A stretch of 64,000 nucleotides of DNA from Macrostomum hystrix (lineage: Eukaryota; Animalia; Platyhelminthes): the NCBI GenBank assembly GCA_950097015.1, contig CATNEN010000033.1, forward strand, positions 434,001-498,000. The letters are read 5' to 3'. Positions within the stretch are counted from its first letter, which is position 1, and each line of letters begins with the position of its first letter. This document shows, in pieces, positions 12,801 through 24,700 of this stretch. Under the pieces are notes generated by a model. That model was given only the letters and a program-made list of their open reading frames with translations. It was not told the origin of the DNA and made no database searches. Made by a program: the position numbers and the translations under genes.

Positions 12801-15800
12801 CACTTTGAATGTCAGCTCATCTAAATTGGAATCCCTGCTCATCTCAATTGGAATCCCTGCTCATGTCAATTGGAATCCCTGCTCATCTCAACTGGAATTC
12901 CTGCTCATGTCAATTAAAATCCTTGCTCATCTCAATTAGAATCCCTGCTCGTCTCAATCGGAATCCCTGCTCATCTCAATCGGAATCCCTGCTCATCTCA
13001 ACTGGAATCCCTGTTTGTCTCAATCGGAATCCCTGCTCATCTCAATTAGAATCCCTGCTCATCTCAATTAGAATCCCTGCTCACCTCAACTGGAATCCCT
13101 GCTCATCTCAACTGGAATCCCTGCTCGTCTCAATTGGAATCCCTGCTCGTCTCAATTAGAATCCCTGCTCATCTCAACTGGAATTCCTGCTTATCTCAAC
13201 TGGAATCCCTACTCGTCTCAATTGGAATCCCTGCTCATGTCAATTAGAATCCCTGCTCATCTCAATTAGAATCCCTGCTCATCTCAACTGGAATCCCTGC
13301 TCATCTCAACTGGAATCCCTGCTCATCTCAATTAGAATCCCTGCTCATCTCAATTAGAATCCCTGCTCATCTCAATTAGAATCCCTGCTCATCTCAACTG
13401 GAATCCCTGCTCATCTCAATTAGAATCCCTGCTCATCTCAATTAGAATCCCTGCTCATCTCAATTAGAATCCCTGCTCATCTCAACTGGAATCCCTGCTC
13501 ATCTCAATTAGAATCCCTGCTCATCTCAATTAGAATCCCTGCTCATCTCAATTGGAATCCCTGCTCATCTCAACTGGAATCCCTGCTCATCTCAACTGGA
13601 ATCCCTGCTTATCTCAATTAGAATCCCTGCTCATCTCAACTGGAATCCCTGCTCATCTCAATTGGAATATCAAGTCATCACATTTGGATCTAAAAAAGCT
13701 CATTTTTAGCAATCAAGCAACAGTTGCTTGCACCTGGACTACGGTGGATTTTCTACTCAAAAGGTAGGCTGGTACTAGGGAGTGAAAATTCCACAGCTCC
13801 TCATTATAGAAGTTTAGCCTAGGCTAGAGCACAAGTGAGGCAGTCCTAGTGCCAATCAACTGTTAGAAATTGGTTCCCACTCTTTAATCTGATATTAGCT
13901 GGCAAAAATAATGACCTCAACAGCACTAGGCGATAGTTGTTGACTCGCACAGGGTCATGCAAATCAAAGCCGATCCATTGGGAGGATTAGAATCCTCAAC
14001 AAATGCACACTTGAACAAGTACAAGCACGAATATGCTAAACAAAAAGATATACATTTATTTATATCTAGTGAAGGCTTTGCAGCCATAAAAACTTCATTT
14101 TAACGGGAGAGCAGGTGATGACAAAGTTTGAAGACCACGATTTGTGTTTATCAGCCCGTAGAGAGAGTAGGGATAAATGGAGAGGAGAGGAAAGAGACAC
14201 GCACAGTGAACTGCAGGGCACGCGATGGTTGACACAGTTGAACAAGTGTGACTTCTCAAATTTAGCCCGACAACAAATGCCGGGTGTTCTCAACTAAAAC
14301 AATAATGAGTGGAATACATATGCCAACTAGGATAATATACGCCACATATTGCTGACACGTTGATGAATTGTTTCTAGGGAAAACCGACAGCAATGAAATA
14401 ACCATTGACGAAGAAGACACCCTGGACTGTCGGAAATACAAATCCAAGATAGACAGAGATGTGGACACTCAGGACAGAGACAGGCGGAGAGACACTCAGG
14501 AGAGACAGACAGACAGACAGGCGGACACTCAGGACAGGGAGACAGGCGGACACTCAGGACTGGGAGACAGGAGGACACTCAGGAGAGACAGACAGGCGGA
14601 CACTCAGGACAGGAAGACAGGCGGAAACTCAGGACAGACAGACAGCCAGGCAGACACTCACCAGTGCCACAGCCGCATTCCGATGCCCCTTAGCGGCGGC
14701 ATAGTGCAGCGGCGTTCGTCCAACCGAGTCAACAGCGTTTGGATCGGCGCCCTTGCCTAGCAGATATTCAACGCATTCAACGCGTCCTCCGACAGCGGCG
14801 GCGTGCAGGCAGGTGCGGCCCATGGCGTCCAGCCGGCCGATGGCCAGCGGCTGGGCCAGGGTGAGCCGCTGCACGCAGTCAAAGTAGCCGGACAGGCAGG
14901 CCAGGTGGAGCGGCGTCAGCTGGCCGGGCCCGACTGTCCGGTCGGGCGAAGCGCCGGCCTTCAGCATGACATCGAGAAACAAGTCGTGACCGCGCATGGC
15001 CGCTACACTGAGCGGAGTGTAGCCGGAGGCGTCCAGTGCGTCGGCGGTGGCGCCAGCGGATAGCAGCGATTGGGCCCTCGTGAAGCGGCCGTGAACTGCG
15101 GCCATATGCAGCGGGGTGCGGCCCTCCAGGCAGACAGCGTTCGGGTTCGCCTCCTCGTGGATTAGCCAGTCCAGGCATTGGGCGGAGTGTGTACCTGTGG
15201 AATGACGCAGCGGATGCGGTTGTTGAGGTTGCCCGACGTCTTCAGGGTTCCTACATAGCAGCAGGGTTTCAGGGTTGCTGCTGTTGCACTGGTGCAGGCG
15301 ATGTACACATCAGGGTTTCAGGAGCAGGCGGTGTGCACATCAGGGTTTCAGGTGCAGGCGGTGTGCACATCAGGGTTTCAGGTGCAGGCGGTGTGCACAT
15401 CAGGGTTTCAGGTGCAGGCGGTGTGCACATCAGGGTTTCAGGTGCAGGCGGTGTGCACATCAGGGTTTCAGGAGCAGGCGGTGTGCACATCAGGGTTTCA
15501 GGTGCAGGCGGTGTGCACATCAGGGTTTCAGGTGCAGGCGGTGTGCACATCAGGGTTTCAGGTGCAGGCGGTGTGCACATCAGGGTTTCAGGTGCAGGTG
15601 GTGTGCACATCAGGGTTTCAGGTGCAGGCGGTGTGAACATTAGGGTTTCAGGTGCAGGCGGTGTGCACATCAGGGTTTCAGGTGCAGGCGGTGTGCACAT
15701 CAGGGTTTCAGGTGCAGGCGGTGTGCACATCAGGGTTTCAGGTGCAGGCGGTGTGCACATCAGGGTGGGTGCAGGCGGTGCAGACTCACCAGCAGCAGCC

Positions 15801-17636
15801 AGGTGCATGGCGGTCTGTCCTAGCTGATTGCGAGCCTCCAGATCAGCGCCAGCCAGCTCCGAGCACAGCTGGTCGTTGCCGTTTAGGCAGGCCACGTGAA
15901 GCGCCGTGTTGCCCTGCAGTGTGGCCGCGTTGACGTCGGCTCCCAGGTCGACGAGTTTTTTGGCGGCAAAGATGTTGCCGCAGGCGGAGGCAGTGTGCAG
16001 CGGGGTGAAGGCCTGCTTGTCCCTGGCGTTGATCTCGGCTCCGTGACGCACCAGCAGGTCAATTAGCTCCACGCTGCCATTGTAGGCTGCCCAGTGCAGG
16101 GCCCGCCTATCGCGCTTGTCAAACGCGTTTACCATCTCCGGTGAGCGAGACAGCAGCAGCTCTGCCACCTCCGGATGACCGTTGAAGGCGGCGTGGTGCA
16201 GGGCCGTGTGGCCGGCCCGGTCGCTGACGTTCGGGTTGGTCAGGTGCGGCAGCAGCAGCTGGGCGCACTCCACGGCGTTGTTGGCCGCGGCCACATGCAG
16301 CGGAGTCTGCCAGTTCCGATCGCGGCACTGAACTTCGGCCTGGAGACAGTCGGGTGTGTAAACGGTGAACCAGTGAGCGGGCCTGCTTTCCTCCTCACTC
16401 TCATTCACTCTCCCTCACTCTCATTCACTCTCCCTCACTGTAATTCACTCTCCCTCACTCTCATTCACTCTCCCTCACTCTCATATACTCTCCCTCACTC
16501 TCATTCACTCTCCCTCACTCTCATATACTCTCCCTCACTCTCATTCACTCTCCCTCACTCTCATATACTCTCCCTCACTCTCATTCACTCTCCCTCACTC
16601 TCATATACTCTCCCTCACTCTCATTCACTCTCCCTCACTCTCATATACTCTCATTCACTCTCATTCACTCTCCCTCACTTTAATTCACTCTCCCTCACTC
16701 TCATTCACTCTCCCTCACTTTTATTCACTCTCCCTCACTTTTATTCACTCTCCCTCACTTTTATTCACTCTCCCTCACTCTCATTCACTCTCCCTCACTC
16801 TCCCTCACACTCATTCACTCTCCCTCACTCTCATTTACTCTCCCTCACTCTCATTCACTCTCCCTCACACTCATTCACTCTCCCTCACTCTCATTTACTC
16901 TCCCTCACACTCATTAACCTTAAATCACAGGTTATGAGCGCAAAACCTTAGAATTATCGCCACTAATACAATAATTTCCTAACAGGCAGAATGACGTCTG
17001 CAGCAGATGCTGGCAGTCAGAGCGGAACATGACTGACAGGCCTTGCACTGGTGGAGGAAGAGTGCCTAGAAACAGCACCTAGAAACCAGCGCAGCCTGCT
17101 CATCGATGCAACTCATTAACCTGAGAAGCATCGGGATTGTCATTGCCGTCATGATGTCAGTTTCACTCGCCAAGCAATTGAGACAGTCATTAAGAGAGGA
17201 ACATTTGTAGGGCCGAAATTTTTATAAGATTTGCTTAGTCTAATGTCTGGCCTCTAAACATGGGACGGAAAAATCCACACTTAGCAGAACTTTTCACAAC
17301 CAAAGCCTCATTGAGTTCAAGAGAAAAGCAAGTAAAAAAGCAGCTTGCCTGATGGTCCAGCAGCACCTGGACGCATTTAGCAGACTTGCTGGCGCAGGCC
17401 CTGTGCAGAGGCGTGTACCACTTGCTGTCCTTGCAATTCACCCGGGCTCCGGCGCACAGCAGCAGGCCGGCGATTTCCGGCTCGTCCAGGTGCGCCGCGG
17501 CGTGCAAAGCTGTCCGCTTCTCGCCGTCCTGCGCGTTGACGTCCTCGCGCTGGGCTGATAGGACGCAACGGACGCCGTCCGGATTGCTGCCGAACGTCTC
17601 CTGGATTAGCTCGGGCGCTGCGTCCAGCTTCAGCAT
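9870..17636 (-). CDS. ANKRD28/ANKRD44/ANKRD52-like: Serine/threonine-protein phosphatase 6 regulatory ankyrin repeat subunit (ANKRD28/44/52 family), ~1069 aa, 5 exons: 17636-17349, 16339-15790, 15194-14662, 12363-10927, 10271-9870
   Basis: The N-terminus MLKLDAAPELIQETFGSNPD...EDVNAQDGEKRTALHAAA...KWYTPLHRACAS, the internal HMAAVHGRFTRAQ and PALACA..., and the C-terminal SDSEFF match my recollection of vertebrate ANKRD28/44. All four introns have consistent phases and the exon sum of 3210 nt is divisible by 3. Confidence 0.92.
10340..10850. repeat. Degenerate ~20-bp minisatellite (TTAGGGTCATTAGGAATCC-like) in ANKRD intron 4
   Basis: Recurrent TTAGGGTCATTAGGAATCCT units are visible. Confidence 0.8.
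12480..13670. repeat. 22-bp minisatellite (GAATCCCTGCTCATCTCAATTA/CTG) in ANKRD intron 3
   Basis: Directly visible; the overlapping ORFs have a 22-aa period, equal to 3 units. Confidence 0.92.
14460..14655. repeat. Short degenerate repeat (GACAGGCGGACACTCAGGACAG-like) abutting the ANKRD intron 3 donor
   Basis: About 7 imperfect units end at the donor at 14661. Confidence 0.8.
15285..15782. repeat. 30-bp minisatellite (GGTGTGCACATCAGGGTTTCAGGTGCAGGC) in ANKRD intron 2
   Basis: About 16 near-perfect units begin within about 10 nt of the donor at 15789. Confidence 0.95.
16392..16912. repeat. 20-bp minisatellite (TCATTCACTCTCCCTCACTC) in ANKRD intron 1
   Basis: Directly visible. Confidence 0.93.
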
Positions 17637-18738
17637 CGTCAGTGGCGGGCGGTGACGCGCTGCGGCCGATGACTGGAAAAAAATCAAATCGCATTAAAAA
17701 AAATAACCAAATTTGCCTTCAAATTCACGTACGGTGACTTAAAAGAGCGTATAATATATAACATATAATGAGTGCACATTTATTATGTACACAGTCTGTA
17801 AATCGAATGTACACTGTATGTAAATCGAATGTGCACTGTATGTACATCGAATGTACACTGTATGTACGAATGTACACTGTATGTACATCGAATGTACACT
17901 GATTGCACATCGAGTGAACCCTGTATGCATATCGAATATGTGCGCCACATACAAGCTAAAATACTAGAAAATAATTTCCTCGGTAATTTTGGTCCTTACC
18001 GAAATCGATCAAGTCCCTAAATTATATTCCGATTTGGAATCTGGCTCAACCAAATGTTCCCTTCCTTCAATAAGACAAATGTTTAAAAGGTCCAAGAGAG
18101 ATAATTATAAAAATACAAAGCGAAAGAATTTCTGAAGGCACCTCCCCGAATATTAATGAAACCTGCCGAAATGCAAAAAAATTGCACAACCATCCAGCCA
18201 GTCCCTAAAAGCAATGGACTCAAGTTGCTGATATAAGTAAAATCATACTCTGCAATCTAGTTATTTAACCAACTAAAAAGCCTAACGGAATGCAATTAGT
18301 GGCGTCAAATAACAAGCCAAAAAACCGAGATTCGCCTTAATTGAACTCCAATCCATTTTTGATGGACAGGTGAAGGCTAAATAATTTTGTATAATTTCGT
18401 GTCAGCCTTTTTATGTATGACGCAGATACGCATATAACAAAGTACGGAATGTGTATTGCCCTAAAAGTGATGGGTATAGCTAAATCAAAGGTAGCTAAAT
18501 CAAATTTATTGCACATGACAGACCAGCTGGCCTAAAAGAATCAAGATTAAAAAATGGACGGCTAGATAGCTATTAGAATAGAATAAATCACAGAGAAAAA
18601 TCACTGCAATAAACAGCAACATACACTACTGACTCTTACACATATTTTAGTAGACAAACATGTTTATTGCTAAAGATAGTTTTCGTAAGTAAAGAAACTG
18701 GTAAAGTGTAGCAAATCGAGTGTAAAAAAGTATAATTT

Positions 18739-21700
18739 TCAGCGCCTGTTCAATGCCATCAAGTTGAGTCGAATGGCTAGCACACCTTTTGGATATTTGT
18801 GCAGGTGGACAACGCAGGAGAACTGCACTTTGGGCACAACGTCGCTGCTATCAACGTACATGCCGATTTCGTGCAGCTTTGTGTTGCGCACCTCCTGCAG
18901 AATCTCGTCCGTGGACATGTAGCCGAGGCGAAGTGAATAGCCGACAATCTGAAGGAAATTCAATGGAGGATAATGAGGCCATGAAGGATTCTAAGAGCGT
19001 CCCTGAATGATCGAGGATCAACAAAGGATTGCACCACTCACAATCTTGCTAGCAAACTGTTTGTTGTAGCTCTCCTTGGCAGCCAACAGCTGACTGGCTT
19101 CCGGATTGAAGTGATAAATCTCCATGCTGAAAAGGTGATGACAGTCAATATGGACGAGAAGTAAGAGCCAAATACAATCAGAGTACAGTAAGGTAAGCTA
19201 TCCAGGCTTCATTGGCGTAAAGAAATTAAATACTTATGAGCGCACATCTGGAGTGAGGTGGGAGTCTGGCTAGCAAGTGTACACTTGGAGTGAGGTGGGA
19301 GTCTGGCTAGCAAGTGTACACTTGGAGTGAGGTGGGAGTCTGACTAGCAAGTGTACATCCGGAGTGAGGTGGGTGGCTACTAGCAAGTGTACGTCTGGAG
19401 TGAGGTGGAAGTCAATATACGAGTAGTAAATGCAGAAGACAAGCGACATGGCAAATAGTTATTAATTTAAGTCTCTTGACTTAAATACCGATCGGACAGA
19501 TCTTAAAGATTTAGTATAGTCTACTACTAATAAGAGTTCTGTCTACGCTTGTATGTGTTTTTAGGGCACTGAATATTTTAGAAATCGAAGTACTGGTTGA
19601 TTGACGAGCTTAAAATTTACGTTTCTTACTATTTGAGTAGATCGCGGATTTCCCGGGTGCCCGCATTGTACCACAGTGTTGGCACTCGAGGCCGCCACTC
19701 GCTGATAGCTTTGCGAAGAGTAATCTCAATCTCGTACTCAATGTTGGCCATGTCAGATTCGGTCACAGCGCTGCCCGAATAGCTGATCGGCTGCTGGATG
19801 CATTCAAAAGTACGCTCGTTCGGCTTCTCAATGTGAAGCCAGTAGTTCTGATCCGTAACGCTGTAGTTGAGCACCCGAATACCTTCGTACGGCTTCTTGT
19901 TAACGTAAACTCCGCTGGCACAGATGAGGGAGTCAACACTGATCAAGGGGCAGCGGTCGCCCAAGGCGTTGAACCGGAGACCCAGTGATGGATTCCACAC
20001 GTATTTATCGTTACCGTCAATTTCCACTACATAGGCAGTGGAGCCTTCAGGCACGGCATTGCCAAGAACCAGGTAAATTTGAGTCCCAGATCCCTGATTC
20101 AGGTGCGCCAGGTAGTTGGCTAAGAGTACAGCGTGCTCCTCTTCGTCACCCGCCTGATAGTCCATGAACTCCTGAAGGCGAGGAGATATGGCTCTAGGAT
20201 GAATTGAACACATGAAATTTTTTTGATGCGCGTTAACTAGCCACATTGTGAGCTGACTTCAGTGAGCAGTCACCAGCCACATTGTGAGCTGACTTCAGTG
20301 AGCAGTCACCAGCCACATTGTGAGCTGACTTCAGTGAGCAGTCACCAGCCACATTGTGAGCTGACTTCAGTGAGCAGTCACCAGCCAGATTGTGAGCTGA
20401 CTTCAGTGAGCAGTCACCAGCCAGATTGTGAACTGACTTCAGTGAGCAGTCACCAGCCAGATTGTGAGCTGACTTCAGTGAGCATTTACCAGCCAGATTG
20501 TGAACTGACTTCAGTGAGCAGTTACCAGCCAGATTGTGAACTGACTTCAGTGAGCAGTTACCAGCCAGATTGTGAGCTGACTTTAGAGAGCAGTCACTTA
20601 AGCAGAGATTTACTAGCCCGGACTGAAACTTACCTCGCACGTGTTCCAAATGTCGATTAGGCCGGGAAAAGCGGACGCGTCGCTGACGAAAGGCACCAGA
20701 GAGACGTAACTGGCCACTATCAGCTGGAAAAAAAGTGGCCGGAGGCGGGCAAAACGCACATGTACACAAGTACTCATGTACAACAGTTTTCAGTGGTACA
20801 ATTTTTTCTCACCTTTTTATGATCCAGATTAGTAACTTCCTGGCCGCGAATAAACAGCTCTTCCGGCGGCGCTAGTCCGTTGGAACTCAGGTAGCAGGAG
20901 ACGAACACCTCTTTAACCTCCATGTTGACTACGAAGGCGCGCGGATGATAAAGAAACTCTTCAGGCTGAGCCTCCGGGTCCGACTGCATCTGGCGCATCG
21001 TCGCGGCCACCTCGTCGGCTAGGCGGGCCAGACTGTGCTTGGTGGCCCTAACCCAGTGCCTGGCCGGCTCGTGCACAGTGTCAAATGCCTGTTGCAGTAG
21101 GCCGGGCCTGGCTAGGTGCGGCTGCAGGGTGATGAACACGCGCACAGCCGGCGCTCGGGCCCGTCGTCGACCGGCGGCGCTGCCGTCTTCGGAGCCGCCG
21201 TAGCCTGCCACCAGATCGGGCACTCGCAGCTGCAGACGGCCCTGTACTTTCTCGTTAATGTAGATGGTGGAGAATGGAATAGACACGCTGCCTAAGAAGT
21301 GCTTCTCCTGCACCACAACGGAGCCGACGTCCGTAGCCTGCTGGCCCTCAGCTGGCCGACTGTAAGTCCGATCGTTGAACACCTTCAATAGCAGCGGATC
21401 TGATATGGTCTCGGGCTTCTGGGCGGCATTGCGCAGGCGAAACGGCAACTCTAGGCTGGCATTCCAGTCCGGATTAGTGCCGGACATTGTGGCTGTGCGC
21501 AGAGTGTTGCCCTGCATTGATTTAAGAGTTAATTTAGCTATTGCAAACATTCAAAAACATGAAAACATTTCTATAAAACATCAGGCTCTCTAAAGCCGGA
21601 AAATATACGTTAAAGCTGGAATATGTCCGTTAAAGCCGGAAAATGTACGTTAAAGCCGGAAAATGTACGCTGAAGCCGTAAAATGTACGTTAAAACAGGA

Positions 21701-24700
21701 AAATGTACGCTAAAGCCGGAAAATGTGCGTTAAAGCTGGAAAACGTACGTTTAAGCCGGAAAATGCACGTTAAAAGTTGGAAATTGTACTTTAAAACCGG
21801 AGATTGTACGTTAAAACCGGAAAATGTACGTTAAAGCCGGAAATTTACAATAAGAGTGTGAACTGACACGGGAAGTTCATACCTAACCCAAAAATACAAA
21901 AAGTCTGAAAGTTGTGCTAAGCCAACAGAGATTTTTCCTAGAAAACTCTTGTTGACCATTATGGTACGGTAAGTTTTTTGACGATCACTAAAGACGCTCA
22001 CCTGGAATGTAACCTCAACAAACGGACGCAGCAGCTGTTTGCTATCGTTGGGCATCGGAAGGTCCACGGCGTCGATAATGTTAACGCTAAGCGTTATTGG
22101 CGCCATAGCCAAGCTAAGTAACGGTGTGCGAGACACGACTTCCCTGGCGGGCTTCAGTGGCCGTTTACGGGTAAAAAGTGGCCGCAGTAGGGACAAGACG
22201 TCCACCACCACAGCCTTGGCCTCGTCGATCACTTCCTCGTAGGTTCGATATCCTTTGGCAGCGTTGAAAGCCTCGTTGACCTGCTCGCGCACGTAGCGCA
22301 TCTTGACCTCGTAGCGTAGGCGCATCTTCTGCAGCTCGCTGGCCCGGGTACGCGAGATCTCCGCCTCGCGCTTCGGCTCCTGAAAATGTGCATAGAAAAC
22401 GAATCGAATAAGCCGCTATCTCTATGATCAGATAATAATAAGCTATTAATAAAGGGTTAGATGGGCATTGACAAAAAACTGAAACTTTTCAAAATTAGTC
22501 GGTAACTATCTTAGTGAATCGCTAGGTGCTTCCGTTAATAGTGTTTGTTATAGTGGAATTATAGAAAAAATGAAGTCAATTAATTACTTGTATCACTATT
22601 AATTTATAGCCTTTTAGCCCTTGCAGCTTCGTGAACACTAGTTGCCAGTAAAGCGAAAACTTACAAATTGCATACTAATTGCAACTGGGGAGTAAAGGCC
22701 TGCGACTAAACAAGGTGCTTCCTTGATGGCCCGGCACACGCCTATCATCCTATCATCTCTCTCTACCGCCGAATTGGCATCCACCTGCCAATTTAAATGA
22801 CTGAACGCCACGCAAGGCGCAACCCGACAAGGACACAAGGGTTCCATCAGTGCGACCTGCACCCAACTGCAACTCAACGCAGAGGGGGCTATGCAACCTG
22901 CTGCTGAACATGCACGTGGAAGTGGCCTGTCTGCAGAGACCCAAATTAATGAAGGACGGGAACCGCGCTTGCAACGGGATTCAATGTTATTTGGCGCCAC
23001 AAACAGTGCAGCCGACGGCTCGAAGGTCCTACGCTTGGAGCAGGCGTGGCGATTATTATACGCAAGATGCTGCGATTTGAAAAGCTACATATAAGTGCGC
23101 CGGCGTCCAGGTCTTTCTCTGAGAAGAGCGTCGAGAAACCGGACATCCACTGTCTTTGCGTGCCGCCGATCAGAAATGCCGTGGGCGACGAGCGTTAACA
23201 ACGTTTTTAACTTTGTTCGTTGTTCGTTGTTCGTTTATCTTAACTCGTTGGGAGTGAAAAAGTGACCTGAACCTGGGACCCTGAAGCGGACGAAACGGAC
23301 CTGGTAACGACTGTCTTCGAGTGGTTTGTTGATTTCGATATGCGAGTCCTGAACGATGGTACTATATGCGAGCCTCGAATGCGTACTTCAGCCTTGACTC
23401 AAAAGCTGCTGCCTTGAGGCGTTCCTCCGCAGCCAAGCTGAATATCGCGCGGACAACGCCACCCCCCATCATGACGGGGACCCTCGTTGACCAGCGCACG
23501 CCCCTTCCAAGGCTGCTAGCACCGCGCAGCCATTCAGCTAGACATCTGTCAGATCCTGGACGGCCTTCCTCGCATCGACACGCACCTCGGCTGCGCCTGG
23601 GGCGCCTGGTGCGAACACGTCTCCTTTGACATGGACATTGCCAGAGCACAGCCTCCTCCGCACATCGAGGAATGTCGAGCAGTCCACCGCTGGCGTCCCG
23701 CTCGGCTAAAGTTGCCATCCGACGCGACCGTCAGAGGCTCGACGCGCGCAGGACCACAACCTCCACCTGACCGACCTTCGGGACCGCCTGCAGTCGAGCG
23801 GGTTTTTGTCCGAAGAAGTAGAAGAACACTGCACTTACAACTTCGTTATCCTGCGATTAATATCAAAACAGAACGAATTAAAATTACTACGAGTGTAGAA
23901 AATCCCTTCAATAACTACTGCTAGTAGTCTAATGGCTTTCCCATGCTTTAAAAACGAATATACGAGTACTACAACAGGAAACCAAAACAAAATCTAGAGA
24001 ATAAAGTAAGTTAAGTGATCAGTGGTCTTTTAAATGGTAAATTCTGTTTGTGGGTCACGTGACATTACCCATTTTCGAGGCTGAAATGAAGGCAATCGTT
24101 AAATGTTATCAGAACAAATGAGCTAGTGGCTATACGAATCAGGTGAAAGAAATCAAGCACAGTTATGTTTGTGAATTTTTTATAGTCTCCATTGATCCAT
24201 ACTATTACAATGAGAACCATGTGTGATGAAAAAGACAGAAAAGTGACAAAGCAAAAGACATTCTGGTGTAGAATTTAGCCCTACTCTGCTGCTGGTCAAT
24301 GTTGCATCGCCAAGATCATTACTGGCCAGTGGCGCTGCCTGAATGAGAAGGGCACAGCAAAACAACGAGGGGTAGTTATTGAAGAATGTTCATACTTCAA
24401 GTTATATATTTCTATTGCCTGCCCGTTACTGGCAAAACTTAATGATTCCACTATGATAGTCATAGTGGAAAACTGCCGATTGGATATAGTGAATGGATGT
24501 AGTTGGTTGAAACAGCTGCTTGGATGATGATGAGAAACAGCTGCTTGGATGATGATGAGAAACTGCTGCTTGGATGAGGATGAGAAACTGCTGATTGGAG
24601 GATGATGAGAAACTGCTGATTGGATGATGATGAGAAACAGCTGATTGGATGAGGATGAGAAACTGCTGATTGGATGAGGATGAGAAACTGCTGCTTGGAT

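Noticed and set aside
15269-15789. In-frame PPAPETLMCT repeat tail on the ankyrin ORF
   Set aside because: It lies after a consensus GTGAGT donor; homology resumes at the 15194 exon, so it is intronic.
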